DNA of 63,929 bases, the filler included, from Welwitschia mirabilis (lineage: Eukaryota): assembly GCA_051453625.1 (NCBI GenBank). It is 8 parts of one record of this genome, joined end to end, with 100 filler letters (N's around TTAATTAATTAA, not from the genome) between each part and the next. Parts side by side here need not be neighbours in the genome. Positions count along the whole stretch, not along the records: positions 1 to 15,505 come from JBOZIK010000001.1; positions 15,606 to 26,423 come from JBOZIK010000001.1; positions 26,524 to 34,198 come from JBOZIK010000001.1; 5 more parts are not named here. One strand, written 5' to 3'. The translations under genes and the position numbers were made by a program. Position 1 is the first letter of the stretch. Each line of letters starts with the position of its first letter. Below are positions 13,587-28,079 of this stretch, one piece after another. The notes beneath the pieces are model-generated. The model made no database searches and was not told where the DNA came from. It saw only the letters and a list, made by a program, of their open reading frames with translations.

Positions 13587-15438
13587 GTATATGATCTACT
13601 TAATTAAAAAACATAAAAATCATCATGCGAAAATAGAAAAACATGTTAAAAACATAGCATGGATGTATGATAACAACCCCTGAAATCGATTAAAAAAACC
13701 ATGAAAGATATTAAAAATATGTCCTACTCCTCCAAAAGTTGTAATGCATCTCTAATTACATAAATATGAGAGAAAAATGAGAAAAATGCAAAAAGTGCAA
13801 AAACTATATTTTTAGTGGCCCTAAACGAAGTGAAAATTTGAAGTGCTTAAATAAAAAAATCTAATTTAGGAAAGTCATAGAATATGTCGAACTAACCAAT
13901 TTTGCCTAAAGGACCACTATGTTTTGACATATGGTTTGCAAGAAGATAACTGTGAAAAGTAGAAATTGGAAAATACCTCATAAAATACAGAAATATTTAT
14001 AACTTGAAAAATAGCTAGTGAAATTCAAATATATAAGTTCCATATCAAAAAGAATGAAAAAGTAAGTGATATACATGAAAATTACATGTCAAAAGGCTAA
14101 AAAATGAGATAAAAAAGTGAAAAATAGGAGGATAAAAAAACATATCTCATTTTTATAAATTTACTAAAATCTCATAAATCTAGATATGAAATCTAGTAGG
14201 ACAAGTTCTAAAATGCTGGTCTAAGCCAAAGGGATTATTATCTCTCAAAGGAATGGACAAAAATGATAAAGAAATAAGAAAATATGAGGAAAAGTTATTT
14301 GGACCATAGTTTTATCACACTATCGTCTAGTCATATCATACAAATGATAGCTCTAGAACGACTCTCAAAAAAAATCATACTGTCATCCACCTAGTGTCAT
14401 TTAGATGAGCTAGTAGATGACTAGGCATGAAAAGCTTTTTAGAAAGAAAAATATTAGTTAAAAAACTTAGGCTTAGATATAATCATTTAAGTAGTAGTTT
14501 TGAATAGAATAACTCAAAAAGACAAAAAAGTCAAATAAAAGACCAAAAAAATCAAAGGAAAAAGGACAAACAGACAAGAAAGAAAAACTATGGCTAAAGA
14601 AAATAGACTATATAGGTTAAAACCTTTAAGAAAAACTACATGAATGTGTCCAAACAGAAAAGGAAATCAAGATAAACTCAAAACTCTATAAGCTACAAGG
14701 AAACATATAAAATAGAAGAATTGAAAAGATGTTTTTTTGAAGTTTTCAAATGGTCAATGAAAATGATTTAAGATAAAAAATAATAAAGAAACTATTAAAT
14801 AATTAAAGTCCTATGAAAGAATAAGAAAATATATAAATGACTTTGAAATTATAAACTCAAAAACTAAAAAAACACAAAGTGAAAATGGACACAAGGAATA
14901 AGGAGAAGATTGTTTACCTATTATAAGTACTAATCAAATAAACTTCTAAGGAAAACATTATAACATCAACTACGTAAATATACATGACAAAATAAATATA
15001 CTTCATAAATTTCACTTGAAAAGGAAGTGGTTATGATGATAGGATAAACTTCAAGTGCATAAAAAAATAAATGTTAAAATCAAAAGTTACTTAAAAATCA
15101 ATTCACTTGCTCTCATCCTACAAACACACTTAATCTTCAAAAGTGAAATGGTCAACTAAAAATACTAAAGATCTAGGAAATAAGCAATGCCTCTGATGAT
15201 ACCAGGAACATTATTGATCCCTAGTCTTAAAGTTTATTTTTTTTCCATGATAAGGAAAGTGCAACCACCATCAAAAGAGTAGGAACCCCTAAAGCATTGC
15301 TAACTAATCCCTAGTGGAGTTCCCATAGCTATCAGTATGTCAAAGGTTTCTTTCAGAAATATTTATCCTAGTGTGATAGAACATTATGGTGACTATGTAT
15401 TTTTCTTTAAAGCACAAAATATAGTAGCTCATGATCAT

Positions 15439-15442
<4 letters not shown>

Positions 15443-15505
<63 letters not shown>
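15443..15505. repeat. (CT)n microsatellite
   Basis: Read directly from the sequence. Confidence 0.97.
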
Positions 15506-15605
15506 NNNNNNNNNNNNNNNNNNNNNNNNNNNNNNNNNNNNNNNNNNNNTTAATTAATTAANNNNNNNNNNNNNNNNNNNNNNNNNNNNNNNNNNNNNNN
15601 NNNNN
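15506..15605. other. Artificial scaffold linker N44-TTAATTAATTAA-N44; the 12-mer also occurs at 26468, 34243, 39430, 49232, 58627 and 61775
   Basis: The same 12-mer, giving stops in all six frames, is centred in a 100-nt gap seven times. Confidence 0.95.
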
Positions 15606-17700
15606 ACATTTATATAAAAGCCCAAAGATAGCGTGTAAGAGAATCAAGGAAAAACATAATGGTTAGCATTTCTTTCTCTATAGTAGTATAGTTTATTTGA
15701 GCTCTAGATAAAGATTTGCTATGATAAGATATAACTTTAAAATCATTTTCATATTTCTGATAAAGAACCCCACCTATAGCAAAATTACTCTCATTGCACA
15801 TAAGCTCAAAATCTATTTCCTAATTAGGTCCCATTACTATAAGAGAAAAGTATAGTTTATGTTTAAGCCTATCAAAAGCAAGTTGACAACATTCATTCCA
15901 TTCAAATTTGGCTTCTTTCTCTAGTAATGACTGAAGATGTTTATAGATATTAGCATAATAATAAATGAATAGATGATAAAAATCATAATAACCAAGAAAA
16001 GATCAAACCTATTTAACAATTGTAGGCAGACTTAGGTTTGTAATAATACCAACTTTAGAAGCATCCATTATAATCCCTTCTTTTGAGATATGCTAACCTA
16101 AAACAATGCCATTTTTTATAGAAAATAGACTCTTTTCCCAACTCAAGTATAGACCACTAGAATTTTAGTGGTCTAAGACTTTTTCTAATTGATCTAAAAT
16201 TTGGTCAGAAATTTCAGCTTAAATAGATAAGTCATCTATAAAAATCTCTATGAAATCCTCAAGCATATCAGAAAAGATACCCATCATAGCATGTTAAAAG
16301 GTACCAAAAGCATTATAAAGTCCAAAAGGCATGTGTCTAAAAAAGAAAGTACAAAAAGGAGAAGTGAGAGTGGTTTTGTCTTGGTCCTCATTAGTAATGT
16401 AAACCTGATTGTAACTACTATAACCATCAAGAAAATAGTAAAATGCATGACCTGAATTCTATCAATAATCTGATCAAGAAAAGATAAAGGATAATAGTCT
16501 TTTTTAGTTATCTCATTTAGTTTTCAAAAGTTTATGCACATTCTCCATTTCTCATGTTTTTTAAAAACTACCATCAAGGGGCTAATCCACTCCCTATTAG
16601 TAATGAAATAAATGATTTCAACATTCATTAATTTTATGATTTCATTTTTTACAATTTGTTTAAGGGCTAGACTAGCTTTATATTGGTCTTGTCGTACAAG
16701 CTTAGCATTTTCTTTAAGGTAGATTTTATGTTGAACAATGGAAGTGGGTATGGCTGTCAAATTGTTATGAAACCAAGTTAATGCATTTACCTTATATTGT
16801 ATAAGAGAAACTAGACTCGATTCTTATTAAGGGGTAAGGGATTTTGTTGATAATTAAGGGTTTGTTTAAGTTACTATTTAGAAAAATGTATTCTAGTCCA
16901 CTGTCTAAAATTTTTAGGTTCAAGGTTAAGCTCATATTTTTACTCTCTGTAAAATTTTCAGGATAACAGACTATCATCTAAATGTCAGTAGTAAACAACT
17001 ACCCTCAAAATGAAAAATCTTTAAATTCTTAAACTTCTGCACAATTGACATACTTAGACTTTCTAATCTCCAGATTAGAAAACTCAATTTTTAGATGGTT
17101 AAAATCAAGTTGATCTTCAAAAAAATACAAGTAGTCTGCTTCTGATTTATCATCAAACAAGGTTAGTTCATGAAGCAGGGACCATATTTCCTTAAGTAAA
17201 TAGTGCTATAAAAATAGATTTGGCCTAATTTCTTTCTCCACACTTAAATTATTGCCTAAATATCTTTTTGTTGTGTCAAAAGCTCTTATTAAAAACTATT
17301 TATTTTCAAAATTACACCTTATTAATCTGGTTCTTGTATCTATGATATAGTGGGATGTTGCATAGAAATATCTACCTAGAAGTAAAGGATATCCATCATG
17401 GTGATAAACTTATAAAACTACAACATCAATGGGGTAGAAAGATTCTTTTATATAAATAGTTAAGTCCTTAGTCATACCTAATGGTTTCTTCACAGAAGTC
17501 AGCTAATACTAAGACAATTCATGTAGGTTCTACTCTTTTTTCTAAATCAAGTTTATAACAAATGTGTAAGGAAATGATGTAGATAATAGCTCCAATATAT
17601 ATCAAGGCTTTCTTAATCCTATAGTTTTCTTTTAAAGTGATACTCATAGTTTTTGTCCCCTAGATCTTTAAAATTTGAAAATTTTTTAGAAACTAAGTTG
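15606..17700 (-). pseudogene. Gypsy pol remnant of element B (protease, RT, RNaseH)
   Basis: KALIYIGAII and LLLGRYFYAT (protease); IVQHKIYL..REWISPLMVVFKKHEKWRMCINF (RT); MCNESNFAIGGVLYQ..AQINYTTIEKEML (RNaseH). Stops and frameshifts throughout. Confidence 0.92.
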
Positions 17701-17899
17701 CTAATAGATTAAACTAAGAAGACTTTACTAGGAATGGTTCATTTTTGTTTCTTTATTATCAAGTCTTTCTATATCTTAAAATAAATTGGGTTTTCTTGTA
17801 AAAGTTTCCAAAATAGTAAGTTGATACTTAAATTTTTTATTAAATATTTTAAAGAATCCTTAAAATAGGGTTTATGTTAAGCCTATCAACCCATGGGGC

Positions 17900-19450
17900 A
17901 GTAGGTTTTTTTTGTGAAGAGTTTTCTATTTGTTGCTTAATGGAGAAGGGAAAGAATTATTTTCTAGGATTTCATTGTCCTCTTCTTCATCATTTTTATC
18001 ACTTTGTAATGTTGAATCCTTATGGGTAGGAGGAGTTATATCATTTCCACTTTTTATCACCACCTTACAATCTTTTCTAACTTTTTTTGGGTTTGGTAAA
18101 AGTTGAGTGGCAAGAGATTCTTATGGTCTTTGGTTGGCAAGCATAGTTTGTTGCAGAATGCTCATAAGTTTTTCAATGTTGGTATTTGTCTTTTCAATGT
18201 TTTAATTGATCTTTTCTTGTGATTTTATCAACTTCTCAATGGAATTCCTAATAGATCACTATGCTTTTGGGAGTTGAATGACCTTGCCAAGTTATCTGAG
18301 TTGTTAGATTGGAAGTTTATGTTATAAAACCTCTTCTTAAAATGTTAGAACTTAAGATGGTTTGATTAAAAATTTTTAAAGTTTGGTTGTTCACTCATCC
18401 TAAGTTGAAACTTATTGTAATTTTATACTTGTCTTTGATTTCAGTTTTGGTTGTAGTTTGAAGACCTCTAGCTAAGAGCATAAATTTCCTCATAAATTCT
18501 CTCTTTGTAAGTTGGAAGTAAAGGACATTCTTTGGTAACATGATAACTATCTTTACACAAATCACAAGTGGGAGCTACAACTTTACTCTTTTTGGTTGAT
18601 ACCTTAGCATCAAGAATCATTTGTGTTTATTTTTCTAAGGTTAAAATAGAATCCTTTATGACATTGATTGGTTTATTTTTTGTTCTTATTTCATTTTTCT
18701 TATGTTTTACCTTCTTTAGATCTTTAATGATTTGGTATACAGTTCAATTTTCTCTAGGTGAGCATTTAGATCATGTTAAATCACTTCTATCAAGTCTTTT
18801 AATAATTTTTAAGCATCATCTAAGATTTGATTCAATAAGTTACCTTCATATGAAAAATCTACAAATTGCTTTGTGTGACTGTTTAATCCACTCTAAAAGT
18901 AGTCAACAAGTTTTGTCTATGAAAAGGCATCTATAGTGTTCAAATGTAAAGCAATAAAAAATCTCTCATAAGCAAAGGCATAATCTTCCTTAGGCATTTG
19001 TTGAAAATTAGTGACTTCTTCCTTATGTTTTCGGATGGTGGTTTCATTCATAAATCTCTTAATAAAGGCTTTCTGAACTTGACTCTAAGATTTTGAACTT
19101 TTATGGAGAATCATTCTAGGTCATAGTTTTGTTTTATCTTTTAAAGTGATGGGGAAGATAAACATATAGGTTTTATCACTTATGCATTTTTTACTATTTC
19201 CGGAAATGAGGACTAACTATTCTATATCAACAATGTGTTGTAAAGGATCTTCATCGAGTTCACCACTAAAGGTAGAATAAGCATTTATGTTATGTAGTTC
19301 AACATCATCACTGTGAAGTAGGTTAAATGGAGTTTGGTTTTCACATTTCTTATTCATTATGAGATCTCTAAGAGTAACATGGACATTGATATGAGTAGAA
19401 GTGATTGTATGAGTTCTAATGACAATGGGTATATTTAATTAGAGAGGTTA
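17900..19450 (-). pseudogene. Gypsy gag remnant of element B
   Basis: Lies between the 5' UTR and protease; homologous to 1-560 and 49290-50580. Confidence 0.75.
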
Positions 19451-20181
19451 ATTTTACTTTTAGGACAAGGTAGATATGGTTGGGAATGAGAAACTCTCAT
19501 CCAAACAATCATTTGAAAAATTTTCTATAGCAGAATCAGAATTTACAAGAATAAAAGTAGATATTATAGAAAATTTTAAATCTTGCATACCTTTGCTATT
19601 TTTATCTGATTTAGTTTTCCAGTCTATCAAATCTTCTTAGATATTTTCAGCAATAAATAGCCACTCTCTTTGATATTTTTCTTTCTTACTAGTTTTATCA
19701 TATATGCTTAGTTTTAGATGTAGAAGTGTTATCCCTACAATCATCTAGATGATTGTTTGAATAACAAAAACATAGAAATCACAAAAAAGAAAAAAGCAAT
19801 AGATAGAATAAAAGACTGATAGATACAGAAAAGTTTAAAAGTAGAATATCATTCACCTTATTCATCTAGATAACAGAGAGGACGATGGAAAAAATCCTAA
19901 AACATTTTAATAGAAAACTGAAATAAAAAAACTCGTGGCATAGAGGTCATCATCACTGCATGTCATTTGGACAATGAAGTAAATGATTGAATTTTTATTA
20001 TAGTCTAGAAAACAAACTTTTGTTTAAAAAATAGAAAACCTAACACTATAAAAAGGTAAAACCTATACTACTACAGATACTGGTACAATGCTGCTGTAGG
20101 CAAGCATCTGAACAAAAATACCCAATAGAGCAATGAAAACACTCGAACTCCAAGTAGCCTTCCTTGGCAATGATGTCAAGA

Positions 20182-21684
20182 TGTTGCAGTGTGTATTTAT
20201 GTAATGTTTTCATCCTAAATAGAATTCTATTAATCACAAATAATAATGCATAAATACAACACACTAATATAGACAGAAGTGATTCAATTGTCATAATCCA
20301 TCAAAGGCCAAAGTAGGAAACAAGAGAGTTACTTTTCATAAAGAAATATACACTAATCTATAAAAATAATTTGTAATGCATTAAAATAAAATATAACACA
20401 CTAGTGCAAATCTAATCTAGGAAAAATAAAACAACAATTCACCTAACCTAAACTAACCAAGCATTACCTTAATAAAGCTTGCCTTCATAGCCTGTATTAC
20501 TAGATAAATTGTCATTGAATCAGAAGAAACATAAGCTATGAGGGTGAGAAAGAATCATGCATTAAGATCATAAAGGAAATGTTTTGTATTAATCAAACTA
20601 GATCCATATTACAAAGTAGTCATACCTCAATAAATAAAATGCCACCCAACATTAAGGAAATGTCTCTAATATAAATAGGAGTGATCCAAATGTTATAATC
20701 CATTGAAGACTAAAGTAGAAAATAAAAGAGTTGCTTTCTACAAAAAAATACTTATATACTAATCTATAGAAATAAGTTTTAATTCATGAAAGTAAAATAT
20801 AATACACTTGTACAAAGCTAATCTAGGAAAAAGAAATAACAATGCACCTAACCTAAACTAACCAAGTATAACCTTGACAAATATTTCTCTCATAACCTAT
20901 ATCACTAGAGAAACTATCATCAGATCAAAAGAAATATAAGATATGAGGATGAAAAATAATCATGCATTAAAATCATAAAGGAAATATTTTGCATTAATCA
21001 AATCACATTTGTATTACAAAGTATCCATACCTCAATGAAGGAACACTGCCCAACACTAAGAAAACATCTGTCTACAACTATAAGGATTGATCTTTGGCCC
21101 TTTAATTTCTTGTTACAAGAATTTTAGGTACAAACAAATACAAGTAAGAGTCAAGGATGAGATCATTATTTATTGACTCAAATACACAACAACACATACA
21201 GAAAGGCATAGGTAAATCAATCATAATAGTCATATGAGGAGAAACAGAAAAAAAATGTGGAAGAAGTTAGGTGAATGCTCAGTATAAACATTACAACAGT
21301 TTCATCTGTTTAGTCATTTGGATGATGGAGGAGATAATGCCACCTTATAAGTAATCCAAATCAGCTACCAGATAGACTATAGTTAGCATCAAATTGGGAC
21401 TCTTTACACAGTAATCCATATAGTAATTAAGATGATGAGGTGGATGATGGCCTTTAATAATTTTTCAATTCTTGCATCAGGTTTAATGTTTTGTAGGAAG
21501 TTATCTCAGAAATGTAAAGTATTTAGAATAGCTCAAAATGCTATAAATCATCATGGATATTGCATGTTTTTATCCTTTTCATCTTAGCTCTTCATTATCA
21601 TGAAAATTAAGGATTTACCTATCTATTAATCTATAAAACTACTTAAAATACCCTATCAAATATGCATAAGTTGATAGCGCAACA
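20182..21684 (-). repeat. 5' LTR of element B, with an internal tandem duplication of about 400 bp
   Basis: TGTTGCAGTG..GCGCAACA ends; 20279-20678 resembles 20679-21080. Confidence 0.88.
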
Positions 21685-22385
21685 CATGTCTTAAGGAAAT
21701 ATTTCATGAAGAAATCAAAGGATCCATTAGTAAGGAGCTAATATTATTTCCATTTCTTGGACTTGGATCTTCATTTTTTCATTCTCCATTCATACTCATA
21801 ATAACAACAATAACTTCAAGGAGCTTACATCTTCATCAAAGAAAATCTTTAGGCTTCTTATTATATTTTATTCCTTGGTTTATATTATAAACTATCATAT
21901 TGTTGAATCCTATTATAGAGTTCATTTCTTAAAATATAAAATAATTTACAAGGTAACCCTTGTAGGGGTATTCATTAGTTATTATGCTTTTAGATACTTA
22001 TTGAATTTAAGATTATTGGTTAGCTAGAAAATCATTATTTTCTTATAGAAAAAAGAGTGCTACCTTGTGAGGAGAATCTCATTATTATAAAGTTTTATGG
22101 TGTGTCTATGAAAACTGTTATTTCCTTATAGAGAAGGGAGCATATACTTGTGAGAAGACTCTCATTTATTATAAGGTTTGTGATGCACTAGAAAACCACT
22201 ATTTCTTATAGGTCAAGAATATTTGGAGCTATGAGTAGAAGCTATCCTTTTTGTGTGGACATATCCAAGTTGGAAAACCATGTTATTTCGTAAGGTTTTT
22301 CATTATGCTTTTTATTCTTATTGAGTTTAATTTTTATTTTGTAAAACTCATTCATCCCTCTCCTATAAGTTCAAATCGATTCTCA
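21685..22385 (+). repeat. SIRE-like 5' LTR, right part
   Basis: Aligns with 31511-32205 (gaagaaatcaaaggatccattagtaaggagct..cattcatccctc..gattctca). Confidence 0.88.
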
Positions 22386-22387
22386 AG

Positions 22388-22399
22388 TGGTATTAGAGT
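22388..22399 (+). promoter_or_regulatory. Primer-binding site (initiator tRNA-Met type)
   Basis: TGGTATTAGAGT versus canonical TGGTATCAGAGC, 2 nt after the LTR end. Confidence 0.85.
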
Positions 22400-22439
22400 G
22401 GATGCTTATGAAAAAAAAAGTAGCTTTCTTAAGTAAACT

Positions 22440-23540
22440 ATGGAAGGGGTGCCATCCATTAGACCTCCACTCTACAATGGGATAAACTATACCTATTAGA
22501 AGATGAGGGTGTAGATGTACTTACGATCTTTTAAGTTTCAAGTATGGCATAGCATTGAAAAAGATTACATAGATCCTATAGAGATCATTACAAATGATAT
22601 AGGTAATACCACTACTTATATCAAGAAAATGAATAACTAGACAAACGAAGAAAAAAGGTGCATTCATGTATAAATATAAAGCCAAAAATGCTCTTTATTC
22701 TACTTTATCTGTAGAAGAGTTCAATAGAATAGCAGGTTGCAAGATGGCACAAGAACTTTGAAATGTTCTAACTAAAATATATAAAGGTACTTTTATTAGA
22801 AAATAATCTAAGCTTCTAGTTTGGATAAATCAATTTGAAAATATTAAGATAAATCAAGGAGGAAAAGTTTTACAAGTATTTTACTAGAGTTGCAAATATT
22901 ATGAATGTAATACATGGAGTTAGTGAGGATCTTCTAGAAGCAAAGGTAATTAAAAAAGTTTCTAGATCACTAACCCCTAATTATAGGCCTAAGACCACAA
23001 CTATAGAAGAATCTAGATATTTTAACACCATGAAGATAAGAGAACTATATAGTACACTTACAGCTTATGAAATAAACCTCATATAAGATGGAGCCTTGAA
23101 GGAAAAACCTATTTCACTTAAGGCAAGCCATAATGGAAATTAGAAATCAAAAGAATAAAGAGTAAAGAGACTACTTTCATGTAAGTATAATAGAAGAGAT
23201 GGGCTCAAAGGATCATCTGAATTTCAAGTAAAAGATAAGAGTAAGATTAAATCATCTAATCATTTGTCTTTATTAAATGTTTCCAAAATAAAATGTTGGG
23301 TATGTAGAGGAAGAGAAGATACTACCTTAGAATGCCCTGATGCTAATATATTACATGAAGATGAGCAAACAAAGTATCCTAAAAAGAAAAGATCATTCTT
23401 TATTGGGTGGGATGAAGATGATAAGGCTTCAGAAAAAGAAGCATCAGATAATGGAAACATACATTCTTCCTACATGGCTATAGCTCACACTCAAGATGAA
23501 AATCATGATTTAGAAGAGGGGTATGATTTAGACACTTAGG
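22440..23540 (+). pseudogene. SIRE-like copia gag remnant
   Basis: MEGVPSIRPPLYNGINYTY*KMR; KVIKKVSRSLTPNYRPKTTTIEES..LYSTLTAYE; eroded zinc knuckle KCWVCRGREDTTLECP. Internal stops. Confidence 0.85.
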
Positions 23541-25614
23541 ATGATATAGGTATGACAATTTAAGAAAAATATGTGTTAATGTTTTAAGAGTTTANNNNNN
23601 NNNNNNNNNNNNNNNNNNNNNNNNNNNNNNNNNNNNNNNNNNNNNNNNNNNNNNNNNNNNNNNNNNNNNNNNNNNNNNNNNNNNNNNNNNNNNNNNNNNN
23701 NNNNNNNNNNNNNNNNNNNNNNNNNNNNNNNNNNNNNNNNNNNNNNNNNNNNNNNNNNNNNNNNNNNNNNNNNNNNNNNNNNNNNNNNNNNNNNNNNNNN
23801 NNNAAAAGATAAGAGTAAGATTAAATCATCTAATCATTTATCTTTATTAAATGTTTCCAAAATAAAATGAGACAACAACTACCTCTTCAAAGTCTCTATT
23901 CAAAAGGTGGAATTACAAACTGAGATACAATACTTGTCATATAAAAATAATGTCATTTGCTATTATTGTCATTGTAGAATTCATTATCAGTATAGATGTC
24001 TAATAAAATTTAAAAATAGATACTATGTTAACAATGTCAAAAGCCATGGTAAATTGGAATATCTTTTTGTGTAGGATAGACCAAGGAAAGTTTAGATCCC
24101 TAAAACTAAATCAAATCTTAAAATAAAGAAGAAGCATGCTTATAATATATGTAGTCATTCAAGACATAACAATTATATTACAACCTAATGCAATAATGAT
24201 CAAGTTTTTATTAGACTGTAAAATATTAAGGAACTAAAGGATACATCAATTCATGTAAGAATTTTGAGATTAAACCTTGTTCAATTAGGTAAGTCAAGTA
24301 GGTAATATCTGTAACATCTCAACTTCATTCCATTTATCTTATGAGATGATATTATAATTAGATGTAGCTGTATAGTTAAAAGTTAAATTACGTATGTGAT
24401 TTTTAGATTCTTAAAGTGTTATTCTTATAGTTAAAATAGTTGTTATTTCATTTTAAAAATCTATAAATTTTGGTATAAATGTCTTCAATCTTGTAGATAT
24501 CTCTGTTGAAGAGGTCTTGAAATTTGTAAACATATTGAGATCACATGTCTTAATTTTTGCAGATGTCTTGAAAGGATAGGTACATCATTTTAGTTTTTTA
24601 AATTAGATATCTTAATTTTTTAGATGTCTTAATAGTAGAAAAATATAGTAGAAATGTTTTAGCAATAAACATCTTGAAGTTTATAGACATCTACTTTTTG
24701 TGTTTAAGATGTCTTAAAATTTGTAGACATATTGACTGTACTATTACAGAAATAAAAACATACAAAATCCTATGGTTTCGATCCTTTTTATTAGTCAAAG
24801 AGATCACCAAATCTCATTTTCAAGCATATACTTAACATGTGTTACTCTCAGGTTATTTTCCAGACCCTCTTTTTCTTAAATTTCTCTGGCTAAACATGTT
24901 GGATTTATGAGACATTTCAACAGTGAGTAAGAATAGAGATTTTTCTTTAATAGGTGCATCTTTTTGCATATTTTATTCAATTTAAATTCATATTTTATTA
25001 GTTTCTAATTCTATTTCATAAAAATATAAGAATAAAGGCAACAGGAACTTTCAGAGATAAAGAACAAGCCACAGAAAGAACCAAATCATAAGATGAAGCT
25101 TACTTTTATTATGAGGTAGTAGACAGAAGATTTAGAGCATGGCTAAGAAACTCATTATTATAGAGAAAACTCTTATTTTTTAGAAGAGTCACAAGAAAAA
25201 ACCAATAAGATAATTTATTTGACTTGGTTGAGAAATGATAATTTAGCTTGTACAACCTATTCCTGATCCAATGGTAAGGGAATTTTAGGAAAACATACAT
25301 GAAATTAATGATAATATTGGTGTATTTCAGACTTAGGTTATACGTACTAATTTGCATATTATTTCAATTTTTGTCTATCCATTGCTTGGCATAGATGGCA
25401 TCAATGTTCCACAATTTTATAGTAATTCATTTAGAGAAATATTCAGTTCTAGAATTGCTAATGTATTTCAAAGTCAGATAAGTAATGTTTTATTTGGACA
25501 CAATAGAATGAATTTTGTTAAGGAAATTGAGAGAAAGGATATGATGCCTAATACCTCTTTTTTTTATTTGATAAGATTTTAGAACATTCTAATTAGATTG
25601 GGTAGTTACACTAT

Positions 25615-28079
25615 TGCAAACACATGCAAATACCTGTAGAGAATCAGAAGTTTGTCATCTGGCTTATCATCTAGACAATAATGGGAATGACAGGCTCCTC
25701 AAAAGATTTTCAGGGTGTAGAACCTATGACAGAAATTAGATTTTACATTAGTATTTATAATTATATCCTCACTATAATAAACTGTCAAATAAAAAGATGA
25801 GCATTATGTAAAAATTAAGGAGGATTTGTAATCATGTATTCTCATAATCGAAAAAAAATTGTATCAGAAATATACAATACTAATAATGTATGTGTATCCT
25901 TCCCCCCACTTAAAATGTATAATGCATCCTGAATTACCTAGACTAATGAAAAAAGAAAAATTCAAAAATAACAGGAATGAAAACTACTAAACGAATAAAG
26001 TCCTAAGAAAAGAAGAAAATGTGGAAATGAGTAGAAAATAGTAGACATGAAAATAGAGTAAAAGCATAGGAGAAATAGACACAAGGAACAAGAAGAAGAA
26101 TGTTTACCTATTCTAAGTACTAATGTAGAAAACTCTAAAGGAAAACATCATAATATTACCTGAGTAAAGGTGCATGACAAAANNNNNNNACTCGATAAAG
26201 TTTATTCGAAAGGTCAGTAGTTATGGCAATATACAAGGTTTCAAATGTGTAGAACAATAAAGGTCAAAATCAAAAGTTACTTAGAAATGGACTCATCTAT
26301 TTCTACCTATAAACTCACCGAAATCTCCAAATGTGAAATAATCAAATGGGAATACTAAAAGTTGTATTTCTTTTGCCATGATGAGGGGAGTGCAACCACT
26401 ATCAGAGGAGTAAGAACCTGCGANNNNNNNNNNNNNNNNNNNNNNNNNNNNNNNNNNNNNNNNNNNNTTAATTAATTAANNNNNNNNNNNNNNNNNNNNN
26501 NNNNNNNNNNNNNNNNNNNNNNNAGAACGAGGGAAAGTAGAAAAGGGAATAGTCATTCGACTATGACGTCTGGACGACGAAGAGGATGTCAGTGATTAGT
26601 AAAAAGTTAAAAATGAAATAAAATACTTATAGAGTACTGGTATACCACTGCTACAGTAAATATCCACAATATCCACTAAAGCAACGACAGCTCTCGATTT
26701 CTAAGCAGTCTTCCTCGGTAACGACGCCAATTTGTTGTGATGCGTATTTATGTAATGTTNNNNNNNNNNNNNNNNNNNNNNNNNNNNNNNNNNNNNNNNN
26801 NNNNNNNNNNNNNNNNNNNNNNNNNNNNNNNNNNNNNNNNNNNNNNNNNNNNNNNNNNNNNNNNNNNNNNNNNNNNNNNNNNNNNNNNNNNNNNNNNNNN
26901 NNNNNNNNNNNNNNNNNNNNNNNNNNNNNNNNNNNNNNNNNNNNNNNNNNNNNNNNNNNNNNNNNNNNNNNNNNNNNNNNNNNNNNNNNNNNNNNNNNNN
27001 NNNNNNNNNNNNNNNNNNNNNNNNNNNNNNNNNNNNNNNNNNNNNNNNNNNNNNNNNNNNNNNNNNNNNNNNNNNNNNNNNNNNNNNNNNNNNNNNNNNN
27101 AATATTAAACAAAAAGGATAATTCATATTAAAATCATAAAAATCATCTGTATCACAAAGTAGTCATTCCTCAATGGAGGATATACCATCCAACACTAAGG
27201 TAACATCTCTCTGGATTATAAGATGGTTCTCCGGTCCTAAGATCTCCTATCACGAGAATGTCAGGTACTATCGAAGATGATTAGGGATCTAAGGGGAGAC
27301 CTTTATTTATAAACAAAAAGAAAAGGAAAACTGATAGAGAAGTAAAGGAAAAACCCTAACTGATAGGCAAATTAAAGGAAAAACTCTAACTNNNNNNNNN
27401 NNNNNNNNNNNNNNNNNNNNNNNNNNNNNNNNNNNNNNNNNNNNNNNNNNNNNNNNNNNNNNNNNNNNNNNNNNNNNNNNNNNNNNNNNNNTAACTGACA
27501 GGCAAAGTAAAGTCGCAAAGAAGTAGCAATAACTTAGGAATACATTTGGTAAAACTATGGAAAAATAGTGTCATCTTGATGGTCATCCAGACAAAAAAGG
27601 AGACAATGGGGTTGATAATTGAAACTCTGGTTCTGCTTTAGTTTATCTACCTGTCAGACTACATGTGAAGTACTGTTGACTAGTCTAGAGATGTCGTTCG
27701 CTAGTGTCGTCTGAACGATGAGAAGGATGATGATGTTTGAGAGAAGGATCTTCAGTTCAACTGCAAGTTATCTAAATGTTGACTTTTCTACTGTCCTATT
27801 TGAAGTTGCTATCCTAACTGCCATGGGGACGACAGAGGGGACGATAATCATTTCTTAATCTTTAGTTAGTGTAATTGCTTTATTGTATACAAGAATCATA
27901 ATCCAAAATAATACTTATCTGTATCTGCATGAAATGCTTGTGGATTATCTGATAATTGCATTTTTTCGTCTTATTCTCCTTGATTCTCGATTGTCATAAG
28001 AAGTAAGCATTTATCTATTAGTTTATCCATAAAAAACTCATAATACCATATCAAATACACATAAGTTGGCATTGCAACA
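25615..28079 (-). mobile_element. Athila-like element D fragments (3' non-coding region, 5' UTR, PBS, 5' LTR 26733-28079) inside the SIRE element
   Basis: 26060-26420 aligns with 14880-15290. PBS 26712-26729 reads TGGCGTCGTTACCGAGGA; the LTR ends GGCATTGCAACA. Left boundary is approximate. Confidence 0.75.

Larger units (their letters stand above)
10420..21684 (-). mobile_element. Athila-like Ty3/gypsy element B, near full length and degenerate, inserted in the SIRE 5' LTR
   Basis: Paired LTRs at 10420-11758 and 20182-21684. PBS 20161-20178 (TGACATCATTGCCAAGGA) and PPT-like tract 11759-11772 (AAGTGGGGGGCTA on minus). Gag, protease, RT and RNaseH remnants plus a long 3' region with an extra ORF remnant. 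Confidence 0.88.

Noticed and set aside
23230..23869. 66-nt repeat in SIRE gag (23230-23295 and 23804-23869)
   Set aside because: The second copy starts exactly at a gap edge, so it cannot be separated from an assembly artefact.
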